The notes beneath the pieces were generated by a model. The model was not told the DNA's origin. It did not search any database and was given only the letters and a program-made list of their open reading frames with translations. A program made the translations under genes and the position numbers. From positions 256,001 to 320,000 of the forward strand of contig CAXXWC010000003.1 of the NCBI GenBank assembly GCA_963668645.2: DNA of 64,000 bases. Direction: 5' to 3'. Below, one piece after another: positions 24,001 through 27,463 of this stretch. How positions within the stretch are numbered: the stretch's first letter is position 1; every line of letters begins with the position of its first letter. This DNA comes from Desulfobacterales bacterium (lineage in GTDB: Bacteria > Desulfobacterota > Desulfobacteria > Desulfobacterales > UBA2174).

Positions 24001-25991
24001 AAATCGAGCCGGCTCAGCACCGCCAGATCAAAGGCGGCTCCCAGATCGAGAACGTTGGCCAGGCGGGCGTCGATAAAGGGGATCTCGATGTTGAAGGGCT
24101 GTGACACCTCGAGCCGCGGCAGGAATGTATCGCGCAGGGCCGAGAGTCTGCCCTGGAGTTCGGAAAGGGTGAGACCTGTAAAGGCCAGCAAGGGGTCGAG
24201 GTTGGCCCCGGTCCCGCTCACGGCCGCAAGGCCCTGGCCGCCCTGTGTCGAGAGGAAAAGATCCCCGCTCAGGCCCACAGTCGCCTGGGGGCCCGGGTTG
24301 ACGTCTATGCCGGCCAGAAAGGCGTAGATGGGCAGGTAAAGATCGAGGTGCGACACCGGATCGCCCACCGGATCGTAGACCACGGCGTATTGATCCGCCC
24401 CGGCCTCATAGGCGATATCGAGGTGGACCCCGAAATCCATCGTTGCTGCATCGTGTCGCGGATGGCCGGCGGCAGCTTCCAAGTCGCCTATATTAAAAGG
24501 TATGATCAGATCCAGCGCATTGAAGGCCGCATCAAAGTCGAGCCGGCTCACCTCAAAGGCGTAGACCGCGCCGGTGGAGTCGCCCCAGCCCAGCGAAAGG
24601 GTGAAGGCGAAATCGGCATCGATGGTCACATCCCGGTCGACCAAAGCCGGCCCGAGCCCTTCCACCGTCTGGCTCAAACCGACCGGGACCGACTCGGCCC
24701 AGGTCGCGGTCCCTTCAAATTCGATGGAGATCCCGCTGATCCAGTTCTCATCTCCGCTGTAGGTCAGCTCGGAAAAATCGAGGGCGTAGGCAGTGCCGCC
24801 CAGAAGATCGTCCAGCCAGGTGGATCGCAGGGTGGAAAGAAAGGTTTCAATCTCGAAGCGCTCCTCGGATCCGAGCACCTGCATCGGTTCGAGGTAGGCG
24901 CGCAGGGCAGGACCGAGTTCGAGATAGCGCTCAATCCCGAAAAGTCCGTTCAGTGTCAGGCCCGTGCCGGGCAGGGTGGCAGTAGTGAGGCCCGGATCGG
25001 CCAGGGTCAGATCAGCCCAGAGGCGATCGGCCTGGTCGGCCAGCCCTTCGAGGGCGTCTTCCATCCGAAGGGTAGCGGCTGTGGTGGTGTGCAGGGCCTG
25101 GCCGGTGGGGATCTGGGCCACCACCAACTGCATCCGGTCGGCCTGGGTGACAACCTCGAAGCAAAGATCGCCGGCACCGAATCCCAAGGGGCCTTGCACC
25201 CCGTGGAAAGAACCGGAAACCGACCCGAACGTCATGAAATCAAAGACCTGGCCAAGACTCGGGGCGAACCCGTCCAGAAGGACGATCTCCAAGGTCCCGC
25301 CTAAAACTGCGGCTCCAGCCACCTGGACTTGGTCGTATCCGTCCGCTACGCCCGCTGCGCCGCTGCCGGCGATTTCGATCCGGGTAACGCTGGAAGCCTC
25401 TAGCGTCAGGTCGCCGAATGCTTGGATCCCGGGTGAATTGCCGGGACTGAGGGTGCCGGCCACCTGCACCCCGCCTTCGATCTCCCCGCTGCCTGCAAGG
25501 GTTGCGCCGATCTCGATAAGCGCCACACCCTCAGGGGGATCGGTGGCGTCGGCGAAATGGTCATAGACCGAAACTGCCAGCCGGGAATCCAAGACCACGT
25601 AAAGCCCTCCCGAAAGCAGGGGGGCCACGGCGATCCCATCCTGCCCCGGAAAATCTTCCGATGGGAAGATCTCCACCGCATCGTCCTGGCGGTCTGTCCC
25701 ATCGAAGATCTCATCTTCGGCCGTAACCGTATCGTCCGCCGCAGCGGCGAGCGGTTCGACCGCCATGCCGGAAAACAGATCCGGAAGGTTTTCTCCGGGG
25801 TTGTAAGGTTCCTGCCTTTGTTGGGAGGGACTGTCTTGGCTGGTATAGAGAATTTCCTCGGCCGGAAGGCTTATTTCGATCAGGTCGGGGGCGACCGCGC
25901 AAAGACCTCCTGCCAGGGGATCGCCTGAGAGGAGAATCCGCGGCTCCAGAGTTTCAACCCTGAAGTTATCATATGGCGATCGCTTTTTCAC
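1..25991 (-). CDS. Giant LEPR-XLL domain surface/secreted protein with internal RTX (Ca-binding) repeats; at least 8663 aa, 3' end beyond the window
   Basis: Manual translation from GTG at 25991 (directly after an in-frame TGA) gives MKKRSPYDNFRVETLEPRILLSGDP. The track lists no minus-strand ORF in this frame, as expected if there is no stop before position 1. Spot translations at 3-120, 5160-5280, 6000-6400, 10320-10680, 14880-15520 and 23520-23790 are all open and adhesin-like. All long plus-strand ORFs here start at positions divisible by 3, the exact antisense frame. Confidence 0.9.
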   Translation of the reverse strand, partial: MKKRSPYDNFRVETLEPRILLSGDPLAGGLCAVAPDLIEISLPAEEILYTSQDSPSQQRQEPYNPGENLPDLFSGMAVEPLAAAADDTVTAEDEIFDGTDRQDDAVEIFPSEDFPGQDGIAVAPLLSGGLYVVLDSRLAVSVYDHFADATDPPEGVALIEIGATLAGSGEIEGGVQVAGTLSPGNSPGIQAFGDLTLEASSVTRIEIAGSGAAGVADGYDQVQVAGAAVLGGTLEIVLLDGFAPSLGQVFDFMTFGSVSGSFHGVQGPLGFGAGDLCFEVVTQADRMQLVVAQIPTGQALHTTTAATLRMEDALEGLADQADRLWADLTLADPGLTTATLPGTGLTLNGLFGIERYLELGPALRAYLEPMQVLGSEERFEIETFLSTLRSTWLDDLLGGTAYALDFSELTYSGDENWISGISIEFEGTATWAESVPVGLSQTVEGLGPALVDRDVTIDADFAFTLSLGWGDSTGAVYAFEVSRLDFDAAFNALDLIIPFNIGDLEAAAGHPRHDAATMDFGVHLDIAYEAGADQYAVVYDPVGDPVSHLDLYLPIYAFLAGIDVNPGPQATVGLSGDLFLSTQGGQGLAAVSGTGANLDPLLAFTGLTLSELQGRLSALRDTFLPRLEVSQPFNIEIPFIDARLANVLDLGAAFDLAVLSRLDFDGMQSLQDFEAAVGAAGLLAEGQAIAYDPVTATLTIPFAFELQLDELTLRDLDALGWVDLDLLVDEGLIQIGSYVDPDDLLASGFADLAAVAAAGVLGADSVADWSGVDAADLTEAGIIGPAALAALGLIDTEGRIDLDDLIDSGLVTLGALAEAGIITVGSITANLGFIRDVNLAATSVADMAADLAGATVVADLVDLDALLASGIDTAQNLLEDLFDSGLFDLGDISLDALGIGDIVDQGIASLQQMVDQGLIGIQDFLSTAMVDITDLVAATAADLSDLIDAGLVATADFVATTAVDADDFFSQGVADLAAAVDEGLLTVDDFIDLALPAAGLISDGLASAFELDFSDLVDGLGNVSLHDLVNSGVVTLDELIGSGDVDAGDLAADLTFRLSDLLESGIAGIDQLAAAALVDVNDLASGYLDDLGALVDSGLVSLSDLVAGALLDLADLGLDQLDIPALIESGLADLGDLARQNLIGPAQMAVDELLASDVAAQAASLYGQIVSTGGLIGPGSIIDLDTLLADADLPVKLHHLIYFGIIDHDDVRPLGEVEADTITGAHVIDASLLERYGAAGVVEDGYLTIADLVGLGQIDQSDLVDLPLADLDAFGFSAAAIEALEEDGYLVHGTGVDLADLLAATGVTLADLRLAGLIAESDLEDDLSPVDLDDLFVQGTVSAEALLESDLLEEAILDAFVTQNLQGKDVVAVADLAALAYLSLGALVQSGLLNSSDFDLTGATVSEADLLASGLVPASDLENNDLVQAGAPDFVALEDLLALNLTGLADLADSGMVTPVHLTTSVLLLADILAADVVGRSALADAGLAGADIDLEALFATGLVSENDLVAAGLVDPADFWDDSPVRLRQLVDAGLMGEADLVADAFVDLDLLLESDVVSTHYVTEQFPTYLYENPDDGDTLPDPRTSDIIPIEVLLLDPYSPFAQMVNRGLLRGERFIDKIFEQSDIEILLGMTSGDLDEIVHVGTVDLETLLSSILYDVTLAEYVTGEFVDVYDFDNLDLDVTALEAGFSVDIDDAYAATVPLYSLIALDYEQISLAGLIEEGYLDASGLTDAANLDLDIRELEYSVLFEYGDLNNYISAHQVFLHELIQRVYIGELVDLGALDADDLIIRNSATPGQLAALIEAGLITAGSFEDIDLSPAALTAAGLATTADLNALNLIEDGTVGLYPLLASGLVSLTHLVDQGLVDAGDYTGSVTGVTLDRINRSDIYDQALIDAYGLVVDDTVVLTAASGDTLLNAGGSPLATLAELVKHEVVTPAHLADSTTVDKDALLDQGLADLAALLDAGLIAATDILPASRILDLQALNDGGALPFSELADLDLLIALGLVGDDTYVPDLFGLTGHTVTLSGDEGLDLVGLVSDTLADLQALINGAFDLTVALEDLPAESGWGLTDFSLTAEVSFDALLTDVAARLGFIGVSLGTEAELDNPVHVALTQTVILDGDGETLTTGDRSFTFAQIMGPEATDLLLTTVTGTAEATLYGIQVNTGLGGLGAGPAAVFTFEVADASRSKSAPDYLTVNMQDLPAVFEIYQYLRLDDLMSAFLRAKNYVFQAFDELPFWVTDPNSPLYELLGDAPIPLINMTPRQLLDVIDEIEAAVERVQRALSDPENDLQKLVRFIMDSLGLDFETDGDLFAVGIQAGALVLSMRLEKEVEKNVPFNFDLAAFGGLVGGIPGLDGIDDLIALEGSGTLNFKAFADIQIQAGVDVAPRASDLPVDVFLIDWDEGTQEGTRVVAGFKLLARDISLGFEVFDSIGLHTNDDGLDYDRDGVGGLDGVLYTTDATIDADGDATTNPELIDPEDRSDFVTVSFVLDQQSGGADDGRFHFGSENLLDSLDFAGVDGGFELFMPLTVDVFGAETDLTTPLWIRTNPYYDAGDGTPANDGLEQIFQHLFGLGGAGPEDPILVTAPDVESLLGNLVDSVIRTLLEELAGLAGDLKDRFLDLDFLDATIPGTTVSIRSVIDDAAVADNDLAGVPTASGLEALLDIDTYVLEYLKTVNWIGAGSVADGGVTVSEIWTGLVDFLRDHWMVTLPGIGAQGNPSFFTIGGAGDLLTVAVNIPYTISDTIPIDFGTNLGDSGLAVSGDLDFAFDLQTGLAFDLSIDLSGENSAFNFGEFFVSAAVAVNDIELALTYQDTVSLTTHVGSDYGDLELNLGGSVYLDGGTFVFNHEQNKAGDVAFENSFSLYLPLTLTIGGGGVELGNLTFADSDFYDGVLDPGFDVNLQDIEGIFDAAVYLVLDMLGEQIESVRGDIVPIYDTDGSVLSAGSEIVTRTIPGTDISLNNVLGLDSLLQLGTYIRHYLRPQLDDTGFTRDPAIPLGDGTSEGGTNYYGPSGPTLGGFFAYLEANWIPTLGGQAGGLTWETITSGSEIVGITVTFAQDLTFERQFSLNFGDEVEAIGLTVDGEVEIDLEVAIELAMSLTFNWGTDAGTGDDTVDFDIQQLDFSGHASADDIVVAAAVGPLSVSLGSDEYQKARLSLDLGAEMSYVDGVFDFDPTGSNYIDAYLPVYASLGQYGFGSGTDPPSLSLTGTIFPEGGGAPEIGFTHQNMEQLLDFSDFNLGSLISIIQSTLDWLTSMADLDFMTYEIPVIDMQVGEIFDFASSFADKVVSHIDFERINTIQDFVEQFTEAGILPPGLSMVYDAATNALSLPVNFDFDFNDLNLRDLANLEEVDYQQLLDLGAIAAGDTFSKDTILGALLDMFATPLDQLARWELIDLDAFDPGITLSIADLEAYDLVEAGVLGAGTISLADLLNSELVNVGLQDLFNFDLLDSDDFASGVMINIRDFIESGLLSIADLTAAGITLYGLDYQATLLVSDLETAGVIAAGALDSLGTASISLSDLLASDLVDVSLEDLAAAELIGAVTQAVEQVADADYLSLSDLLAIDAYSLSGIIDMGFVSASEFNPLTQIDPVALENAGLIAEDELGDALIYLGDLLDSGDVSITVLDLLGAGILDSADLGRFDPATLLSIANLESAGIIAAGALDSLGVSDISLQDLLASDLVDVAVMDLVAQGLLGGADILGGLRDVLGSDLNFEGFDLYDLAGLGMFGLDGLNRIVDFSYDLLNIVDRPIDLGFDLGDVFAMELSSLATVLVTVEAGFEWMIDFDGPTGTEGITFLIDNARVAGRAELTLDNLELAARLGFVELNVGGNAQSSLNLLAEAVITLDEDGDLSTDNDRRFSFTDLVSGGLIDHFLFDFTGYAYAGLVGIEIDPAIPGLDTTGFDSMELSITIPDLLNWDVVEVFAQSELTQAQREQHLAQDHVLIVHPDFDDLFNFRELDFASIIQAIREGVEFIQSALESTSFYEANIPIINQRVSDAFDFIGDLLDKIELAAEDPAAVIQEVEALIEDALGISDTSTFGLELDDAGGRTTLKIHLEWDKVLSDIIGDDYTDLSFALNLGDVLSLFTGGDFGSSWDWVNELVSAGAHLQWDARVEMVLDFGIDFTDILSGDLDFFLYDYDEGTGDGTRIQIGLYINGTDLELMFNPFGIGVVGGSAQLGSLTYSGGSSIDYWTEGATVSDVDYATFTLGIEGQNPGDDDGRFYFVDETLSENWFYELAGGFDIYLPIEIPGFWGLEPVHIYTNNQDYGDTVLLEALDRLFGGAGSGEADAVIVDLPTFTAPDFGLLNILNDPTYILDGIDWALGTVGDALGSSFAQDIPLIGDKLYKAATFLTDIRTGFLADLREKLNGPGKAIEFIRDSMWDVFGPDELNILTDRDDNGRIEAADIGVGWYDADGNRIKDWIEGERVPMAGYIYDADGNYVADSGTPNTGAGQWQLAEDADAIQFEVPLGGVAFGTGIDIPLDIDVPAFALNVDGGFAVELTWSFDLAFGLSVEDGFYLGTNDLSAPADPELEVEIGAFLDGEPLNNATVTPFYAEGKLLFFVISVEDVDRDEGEPGFQPSGVFGFLDLDILGDAETGRVTLNHLITAAVDDLFDIDFGVEATLNTTIVLDIGDVGLPRLEADFIATWSWSLDGGSGEPEFGLYNLRIDIGTFVTDVLKPITDNISDVLDPFRPIVEVFTTEVSGLDVICDPPTLLGLVNLILRTLGYSEIPVEFFNAVRTMIDVVDQVDAMIGREGEIFLGDIMGLGTDNVSARQDSADLPGWLSDFMDELNTGSMGMTASSGNSFSSGGSSTERSGFEILDYLLDISNWMKLITGGDAILFTYELPLFEYTLNFKQDIATITAGPAVIKVSAVGNFEFTADLGFGYDTYGIRKAIDTGNYWYVFDGFYVADWGITSGKEKPEFTVGLEIGLEATLWLLLVEAGLGGVVGFEMGLDLADIPPDDGRIHPTEFAEMWRYTGNDAPGGLLNLINLDGRVYFEAYVFVDVGISIPFIGKIMKRVVDWTIFDITLAEWEYRAPTVEPVLAHAEGDTLVIHSGKLAGDREYLNYEDGGENFTISGNSGSITVAFDDWSQVYTGSFTKVVADGGKGDDKLDASGLSGVAVEFDGGEGKDTLTAGSGAAATLIGGDDNDTLNAANATGAVYIDGGAGDDRITGGTSGAVNTLIGGDGDDRMTGGDGADLFTGGPGLDSLSGMGGNDTYYFENGFGSDSFRDTQGDTIIDLSSITDPLTVTISSSAITILTPNEELRLGQAKVTQLILGTGSDTLLISDPPEGTLEIVDSGGPSTTTFTFGRNTSNKADGIISFVDADEDLDQVILANSAGIEMNSAVDGLDASQDDIIVINDHQIRSGRYSSGTIVNSRDVFQFTDGVEQFTLAGEYSLMEDDAEAVFYPMNLTISSTTGTADLGEASIHITAKNLSIRPATDGGSMHLAAHDIVIAVVEDCVLDTSVHATGKFYIEADSIGAVLSSASPLVRESADSLGTIEHDIDAHDMDWNIRVSSLTVNARINAINDGNIIVLVNTATPADQRSITLNADVTSGSADNDDRLGGGTMRFVAQGDIHLDNGMRFEGAGAHLVLAGDNIFNDHYASSNRIETTVGGITVLTRNEGNPAEGTEIVIEETDSLVVYGLTDLLDPPGADPVGLSSAYGIISVTCEGMVATQESEIARLTLDSGSIITRTAGRDITLTADDFQFWTSAPGRDADPEREVGGVIGTGQLTILTSHATRMLIGTSAEHPLGNDWTYIRDEYPAFLNYPDHVGGTFVGEEGEETYADDGTLFIDTAHFSTTDLSALADGFTLITFGSGYDLERIVFGDAYDQETIKKDGSARERDSSFRDDVVFNAERIYIEGEVEAQSWPLVHVEMNTERLHVKSKNINNPLGGTDSGITGDYLDLIGVQDRIICDGWIVTNYGDIWIDVPGDGEVYVSPMMEDAVDQSKLRNNFIQGVAGILRTNKPGGVIHIETAESVVLEGRTYVNGDGARIEIFPGSFFELVQIAGGMYAPGQDSLIHIEAPEAVYINGEILAGAEWIGGVKTKVADGADVIVHTPHELRIYGAITSTDVMDLVGLIDQDYNDRDAVSASIHLTGQLTSLADNSLLRLEGPQDILIEGSIFVRGENSGLYIESYDQRVKFATSFVEVEDGIDVIAGGENIDLDLLDQNGDPLRSSVLVEATAVITSFQNGSDIHITGAYDVDIFGSIVAGGAIGPTGVIWSGTDSRAVITAGQQLYLDSGVLASDTVMLIGGAAGSDDMTIGTQTDGSYAYTAPGEPANTGLGEGVSQAVILEFTDAMGNSGSVTISVDNSLTLYEIIGLLNAEFETQGLALAAVEDLSETVDPGLGISVVRPSGRISLKSSTGFTVLDSSTHPELLGFTDLAGDAAAVQEQRRLSVVIDTAGGLTSAGRTSDGSPGLAYIYGESGIEMMGHIYSGANKTLLWDASGNLIKEMIDWDTSVGGDVTIESPGQVFIGGWTLNMDTEVVLTGDLELRFTDSPGGTSLGATVVVSAADTADNHYLSDLIEDIQNALDHEFGGTINVMAEENRVVFYSDDPFTLSSASVNLNLIGFGSGNNQASEMVADAEYTAATAYSPPVGAESVTLVVKKSNGDAWGQVSLNIPAATALQDLVDLLNDALDDTVLNDFWVMSDDTGHLVFTNAYDFRLDAASDNVAVLGLTGVAASTQVSGRDPSTYEARAINSLYGDVLDTGGYIAAKNEIRLQNVASTAHPYVGTEIGVRIEGSSEITTHNDESAIRIDSRYDAEIEGHLIAGGEVENIRDAETGGYIGSVYHDFGTEAEQTEIVISAEHQVRIGTLIKAGGLIQLTGGDDPFQGDPDDVFNFTDASVLIYGSALLETWGENSRIILDGPDEIKVMTATHFEEIEPDTWVKGDLGRIVAEGQFMLSGYLPSQVTLHMWKRIDAYTAPDAYTPPGSDQSVTLVFNDINGDLWGQITFTVTAGLPFDQEGVTDLIESINAQLNLSSDLADFYVAPTDGGRLMIGCAYAFEIDETSSNVDVLGMTDVDTALAPVASVETEVEEDVVIPSIFFGESGDAGLLLFIKTIFNGSDHFMDIEVGQEGRYLMLTGYGYDFSILADQSENIDLLGLAPMLHSVVYYPEAEVTADLVLPLTGQLISDVTLAMEMDDLMGGTVSGTVTVTAAATADNTSREDLIADINAALDATAFAPIDAALVDGKLVLSSLGYEFVVLDASEHLNLLGFRGDRETVEYRELSELTASGALPTTGQMVRDVILVIRIDETDLDDVLYGAVTLSAASTAANVGLSDLIEDLNTALAATAIPRYAGLDFGDYITAEEREGALVLVGTHDFKVKSASRHLALLGMAAGIDLTADYVLFNAYINGAPGVAVPVLPGPVTLDLEIQRPGEIVAGSALIPVDGANANLLDLAADINAALMIAGFADLRVDVDGTRLIFQSLYDFELLGTSVNLGYLGAAAVSSTRAPAQFEVAGANAIPTTGVLAEDLVLEVEATDSDDLTTNTSISLSRQETLDNLGIEDLIADLNALFEAAGLDITVFEDAGTLVFASETLDITIGEDSQNADLLGLLDAAAGTPEVSSRDPSLFELVAEDDLAATGILPDNIAFHVVMSTVDPNDDPAHSSPDLDLPAAGSRERSDTVEGTVVIYRDDTLDNTSLADLIDDINDALVRGGFRDIEASLNGSNQVVLASAHVFEIDGEQALITAEEALPADGVLPDTGTAGGAVTLQLSVQTPGGPTLAAVHIAPDALNTSIDELYADVCQAFADALPDDLVYVRLDRDTLAFYSRYDFSILATSVNAGSLGLDTVEGGDAVAGTRQEPAFNGYLIGFSAVDDGAVLAQRDPETYRVTANDSMVNGVLADDIVLDVTIGSGLYSGASAQITVPASATDGTDSGTTANTGIADLVADINAALEAVEIPGHPGVYFSTVIGVRDERGVLILFSDESFTLDSQPADHLDQLGFTTGAFTSALSEPDFEVQAEDALVSSGILAADITLVIAIDDGAGGTLETTVTVSWSDTATNTGVEDLLVDLENALTAASVYDGAQDTGSYASQYITVGSRSGVLVLAGASAFTISGLNSSDADQLGLATVASGVDVTAVQPAAGHQLFPYDSVLEERIGLPASYGLTDQVRLDLRVYDYTSEDVGISISPVSDYTVYVPAALAADNTCLADLIDDLNLAMGAVTADVWAVEEDGFIVLESAYPFDLEYKSENETLLGFGELSYESDIEANRSSNDGVLPEDVTFVLWINLGDQKIVGQVTLTAATTAGNDTENMIMDLVLDLQTAVNAATYVNLDGDLYGNGLLDGQPHDENFADDPVSVGGVADPIVKIKLKNGKILFASQYEIRLYGSFADPANPGGLLESVNVELLGLDTVAGGTEAASSRPYNIIASGAGSEVIFGSAENPAARIYIAGSVLSDHQISLVEGPDTDLDLDWSALLETIDGPIVLDLGENGFLKGDLIAGGPEGDVILTAADTLTLNGHILADRDVDIEAGFITAGTPAEQSVIIAPTAWIRTNPLSPTEGDVSIDGYNDIVVDGAIGSLQDDDPRMTGDVLIASAQGGIEITERSGWIETDGRIVLEAEDIAVYGVLKNGSASAPAPAGDMVAENYEIVIAPAGDLQITGDVDALGSILIVAPNAFTLAGSLEA
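1410..6390 (-). repeat. About 12 copies of a T-x-x-N-x-x-x-x-D-L-x-x-D-[IL]-N-x-A-L motif inside the giant protein
   Basis: Translated copies include AADNTCLADLIDDLNLA (~1430), TTANTGIADLVADINAAL (~2230), DTLDNTSLADLIDDINDAL (~2970), ETLDNLGIEDLIADLNAL (~3390), STAANVGLSDLIEDLNTAL (~4075), ATADNTSREDLIADINAAL (~4415), DTADNHYLSDLIEDIQNAL (~6360). Confidence 0.85.
10290..10660 (-). repeat. RTX/hemolysin-type GGxGxD calcium-binding nonapeptide block (8 units)
   Basis: GGKGDDKLD, GGEGKDTLT, GGDDNDTLN, GGAGDDRIT, GGDGDDRMT, GGDGADLFT, GGPGLDSLS, GMGGNDTYY translated in the giant-ORF frame. Confidence 0.9.
14880..15950 (-). repeat. Second block of acidic Leu-rich DL-x-x-x-G-[LI] repeats, with a 468-nt internal duplication
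   Basis: ATLLVSDLETAGVIAAGALDSLGTASISLSDLLASDLVDV versus ATLLSIANLESAGIIAAGALDSLGVSDISLQDLLASDLVDV; shared DNA GAGGGAATCCAGGG at 14979 and 15447. Confidence 0.75.
19950..23800 (-). repeat. Long (~1250 aa) block of degenerate acidic Leu-rich DL-x-x-x-G-[LIV] repeats
   Basis: Example near 23520-23790: VDPDDLLASGFADLAAVAAAGVL...VDAADLTEAGIIGPAALAALGLI...IDLDDLIDSGLVTLGALAEAGII; recurrent CAGATC/CAGGTC (DL) on the plus strand. Boundaries approximate. Confidence 0.7.
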
Positions 25992-26194
25992 TCAGACCAA
26001 TCCCGTTTTGGTAAAATCCAGTGAAAGGCCGCGCCGTACGGATGATCGATCAATAAAGACAAGCTATCGTGGTGAGGCGGAACTACCCTTACGACATACT
26101 CAAACCACCCCAGATGAAACCAGGCGCCTGGTGTGGTGTATGCGCGCACTCTGGACGCCCTCAAAAAGAAAATCCATTTTGTGAGATGTCAATC

Positions 26195-26223
26195 ATTGTT
26201 TTTCTGAGTGGCCAAATTGTCAA
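26195..26223 (-). promoter_or_regulatory. Putative sigma70 promoter for the giant gene
   Basis: Minus strand TTGACA (26223-26218), 17 nt spacer, AACAAT (26200-26195); about 200 nt upstream of the GTG. Confidence 0.4.
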
Positions 26224-26351
26224 GCAGATTTTTTTGCGATCCGGTCTGAAGCCGCGCCAGACGGCGATTTCTTGCAACGGGAACAAATAGCTGTTATTTT
26301 TATTACCGTACCAAGGCCGCTCTCAACCGGAACTTTCTCAAGGAGCCTGCC

Positions 26352-26882
26352 ATGTTTTCAACAGCTTTGGAGCGCATCCATATTCAGCACGGCGACATTA
26401 CCCCACTTGAGGTCGATGCCATTGTCAATGCGGCCAACACCACCTTGCTGGGCGGTGGCGGGGTGGACGGTGCCATCCACCGGGCCGCCGGTCCTGAACT
26501 GCTTGCCGAGTGCCGCACCCTGGGCGGATGCCCCACCGGCGAAGCCCGAATCACCAGGGGCTACCGCCTGCCGGCCCGTTTCGTCATTCACACCGTAGGG
26601 CCGGTCTATTCCGGCCGGGCCCGGGATGCACGGCTGCTGGCGGACTGCTATCGCAACAGTCTGAAACTGGCACTGGACCACGGCTTGGCCAGCATCGCCT
26701 TTCCGGCGATCAGTTGCGGAGTTTACGGATATCCCATCGCCGACGCCGCCCGCATCGCCCTGGATACCGTCATCTCCTTTCTGAAGACCACCGATGGCAT
26801 CACCAGGGTCGTCTTCGTCCTTTTTTCAGACTCCGATCTGGCGGTCTACCAAAAATGTCTCTCGGATCTGCAGGCCCGGTGA
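26352..26882 (+). CDS. ymdB: Macro domain O-acetyl-ADP-ribose deacetylase (YmdB-like)
   Basis: GDIT, AIVNAAN, GGGGVDGAIHRAAG, HTVGP and FPAISCGVYGYP motifs; AAGGAG RBS. Confidence 0.92.
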   Translation: MFSTALERIHIQHGDITPLEVDAIVNAANTTLLGGGGVDGAIHRAAGPELLAECRTLGGCPTGEARITRGYRLPARFVIHTVGPVYSGRARDARLLADCYRNSLKLALDHGLASIAFPAISCGVYGYPIADAARIALDTVISFLKTTDGITRVVFVLFSDSDLAVYQKCLSDLQAR

Positions 26883-26952
26883 TCTGCATCTGAAGGTTGA
26901 TCCAAAATCCAGCAGCAAAGATTGCCGCAATCAATCCAGGGCAGACAGGCCA

Positions 26953-26981
26953 TTGACAAGACAAATTATGGGCATTAGGTT
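26953..26981 (+). promoter_or_regulatory. Putative sigma70 promoter for the hesB-like/ycaO genes
   Basis: TTGACA (26953-26958), 17 nt spacer, TAGGTT (26976-26981). Confidence 0.6.
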
Positions 26982-27058
26982 CAGCCCGTTTTTACACTGC
27001 TGTCGCGTATAACTACGCCTTTTTGCAAGGCTAACCTTATCTCTTAAAGGAGGTTTAA

Positions 27059-27379
27059 ATGTTCGAGGTAACCCCTGCAGCGATCGAACAGATCGCCGAA
27101 TACTTCAAGGGCCGGGACCCTCAACCCATCCGCGTCTTTCTCAACGAGGGAGGGTGAGGCGGCCCTTCGCTGGCGATGGCTCTGGATGAGCCGCGCGATA
27201 CGGACGAAACCATTGCGGTCAACGGTTTCACCTTTTTGGTCAACAAGGATTTTCTTGACAAAGTCCAGCCGATCAAGGTTGATTTCACCGGCTTCGGCTT
27301 CAAGCTCGATTGCGGAACCGAGTTCGGCGGCGGAGGAGGAGGCTGCTCGGGCTGCGGATCTTCACAAACCTGCGGCTGA
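27059..27379 (+). CDS. HesB/IscA-like selenoprotein, 106 aa, Sec at codon 33 (TGA 27155-27157)
   Basis: AAGGAGG RBS then ATG 27059: MFEVTPAAIEQIAEYFKGRDPQPIRVFLNEGG-TGA-GGPSLAMALDEP...VNKDFLDKVQPIKVDF...GGGGGGCSGCGSSQTCG. The TGA sits at the first conserved Cys position of A-type carriers (GGCxG). The track shows only the downstream 67-aa half. Confidence 0.88.
27173..27196 (+). promoter_or_regulatory. Bacterial SECIS-like hairpin
   Basis: GGCTC-TGGAT-GAGCC (27178-27192), extendable by flanking GCG/CGC. The loop starts 25 nt after the UGA and has G in second position, matching the general bacterial SECIS model. Confidence 0.7.
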
Positions 27380-27402
27380 CACAAAAGCCGGCACAAGACT
27401 CG

Positions 27403-27442
27403 AACAAGGGGCGCTTCGCAAAAAGGCGCCCCTTGTTGTGTT
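27403..27442 (+). terminator. Strong hairpin between hesB-like and ycaO (probable intrinsic terminator/attenuator)
   Basis: AACAAGGGGCGCTT-CGCAAAA-AGGCGCCCCTTGTT, 14-bp stem with one G-U pair; only an interrupted U-tract (TTGTTGTGTT). Confidence 0.55.
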
Positions 27443-27463
27443 AAATCGTTTTCGGAGGTTTCC

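Noticed and set aside
1020..25304. Long plus-strand ORFs (1018, 779, 957, 1363, 1635, 585 aa and others)
   Set aside because: All start at positions divisible by 3, exactly antisense to the giant minus-strand gene. Their V/D/G/Q/H-rich translations have no recognisable motifs; they are shadow ORFs.
25992..26350. c-di-GMP riboswitch or ops antitermination element upstream of the giant gene
   Set aside because: No GEMM-like motif seen; GGGTAGTT is only a partial match to ops (GGCGGTAG). An Infernal search would be needed.
26352..26882. Macro-domain gene as immunity protein for a toxin domain in the giant protein
   Set aside because: It is an ordinary YmdB-like protein, divergently transcribed, and no ADP-ribosyltransferase motif was seen in the parts of the giant ORF I translated.
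27059..27379. hesB as a pseudogene with a nonsense mutation
   Set aside because: The TGA is at the conserved Cys column, has a SECIS-like hairpin, and promoter, RBS and both halves are intact; Sec recoding explains it better.
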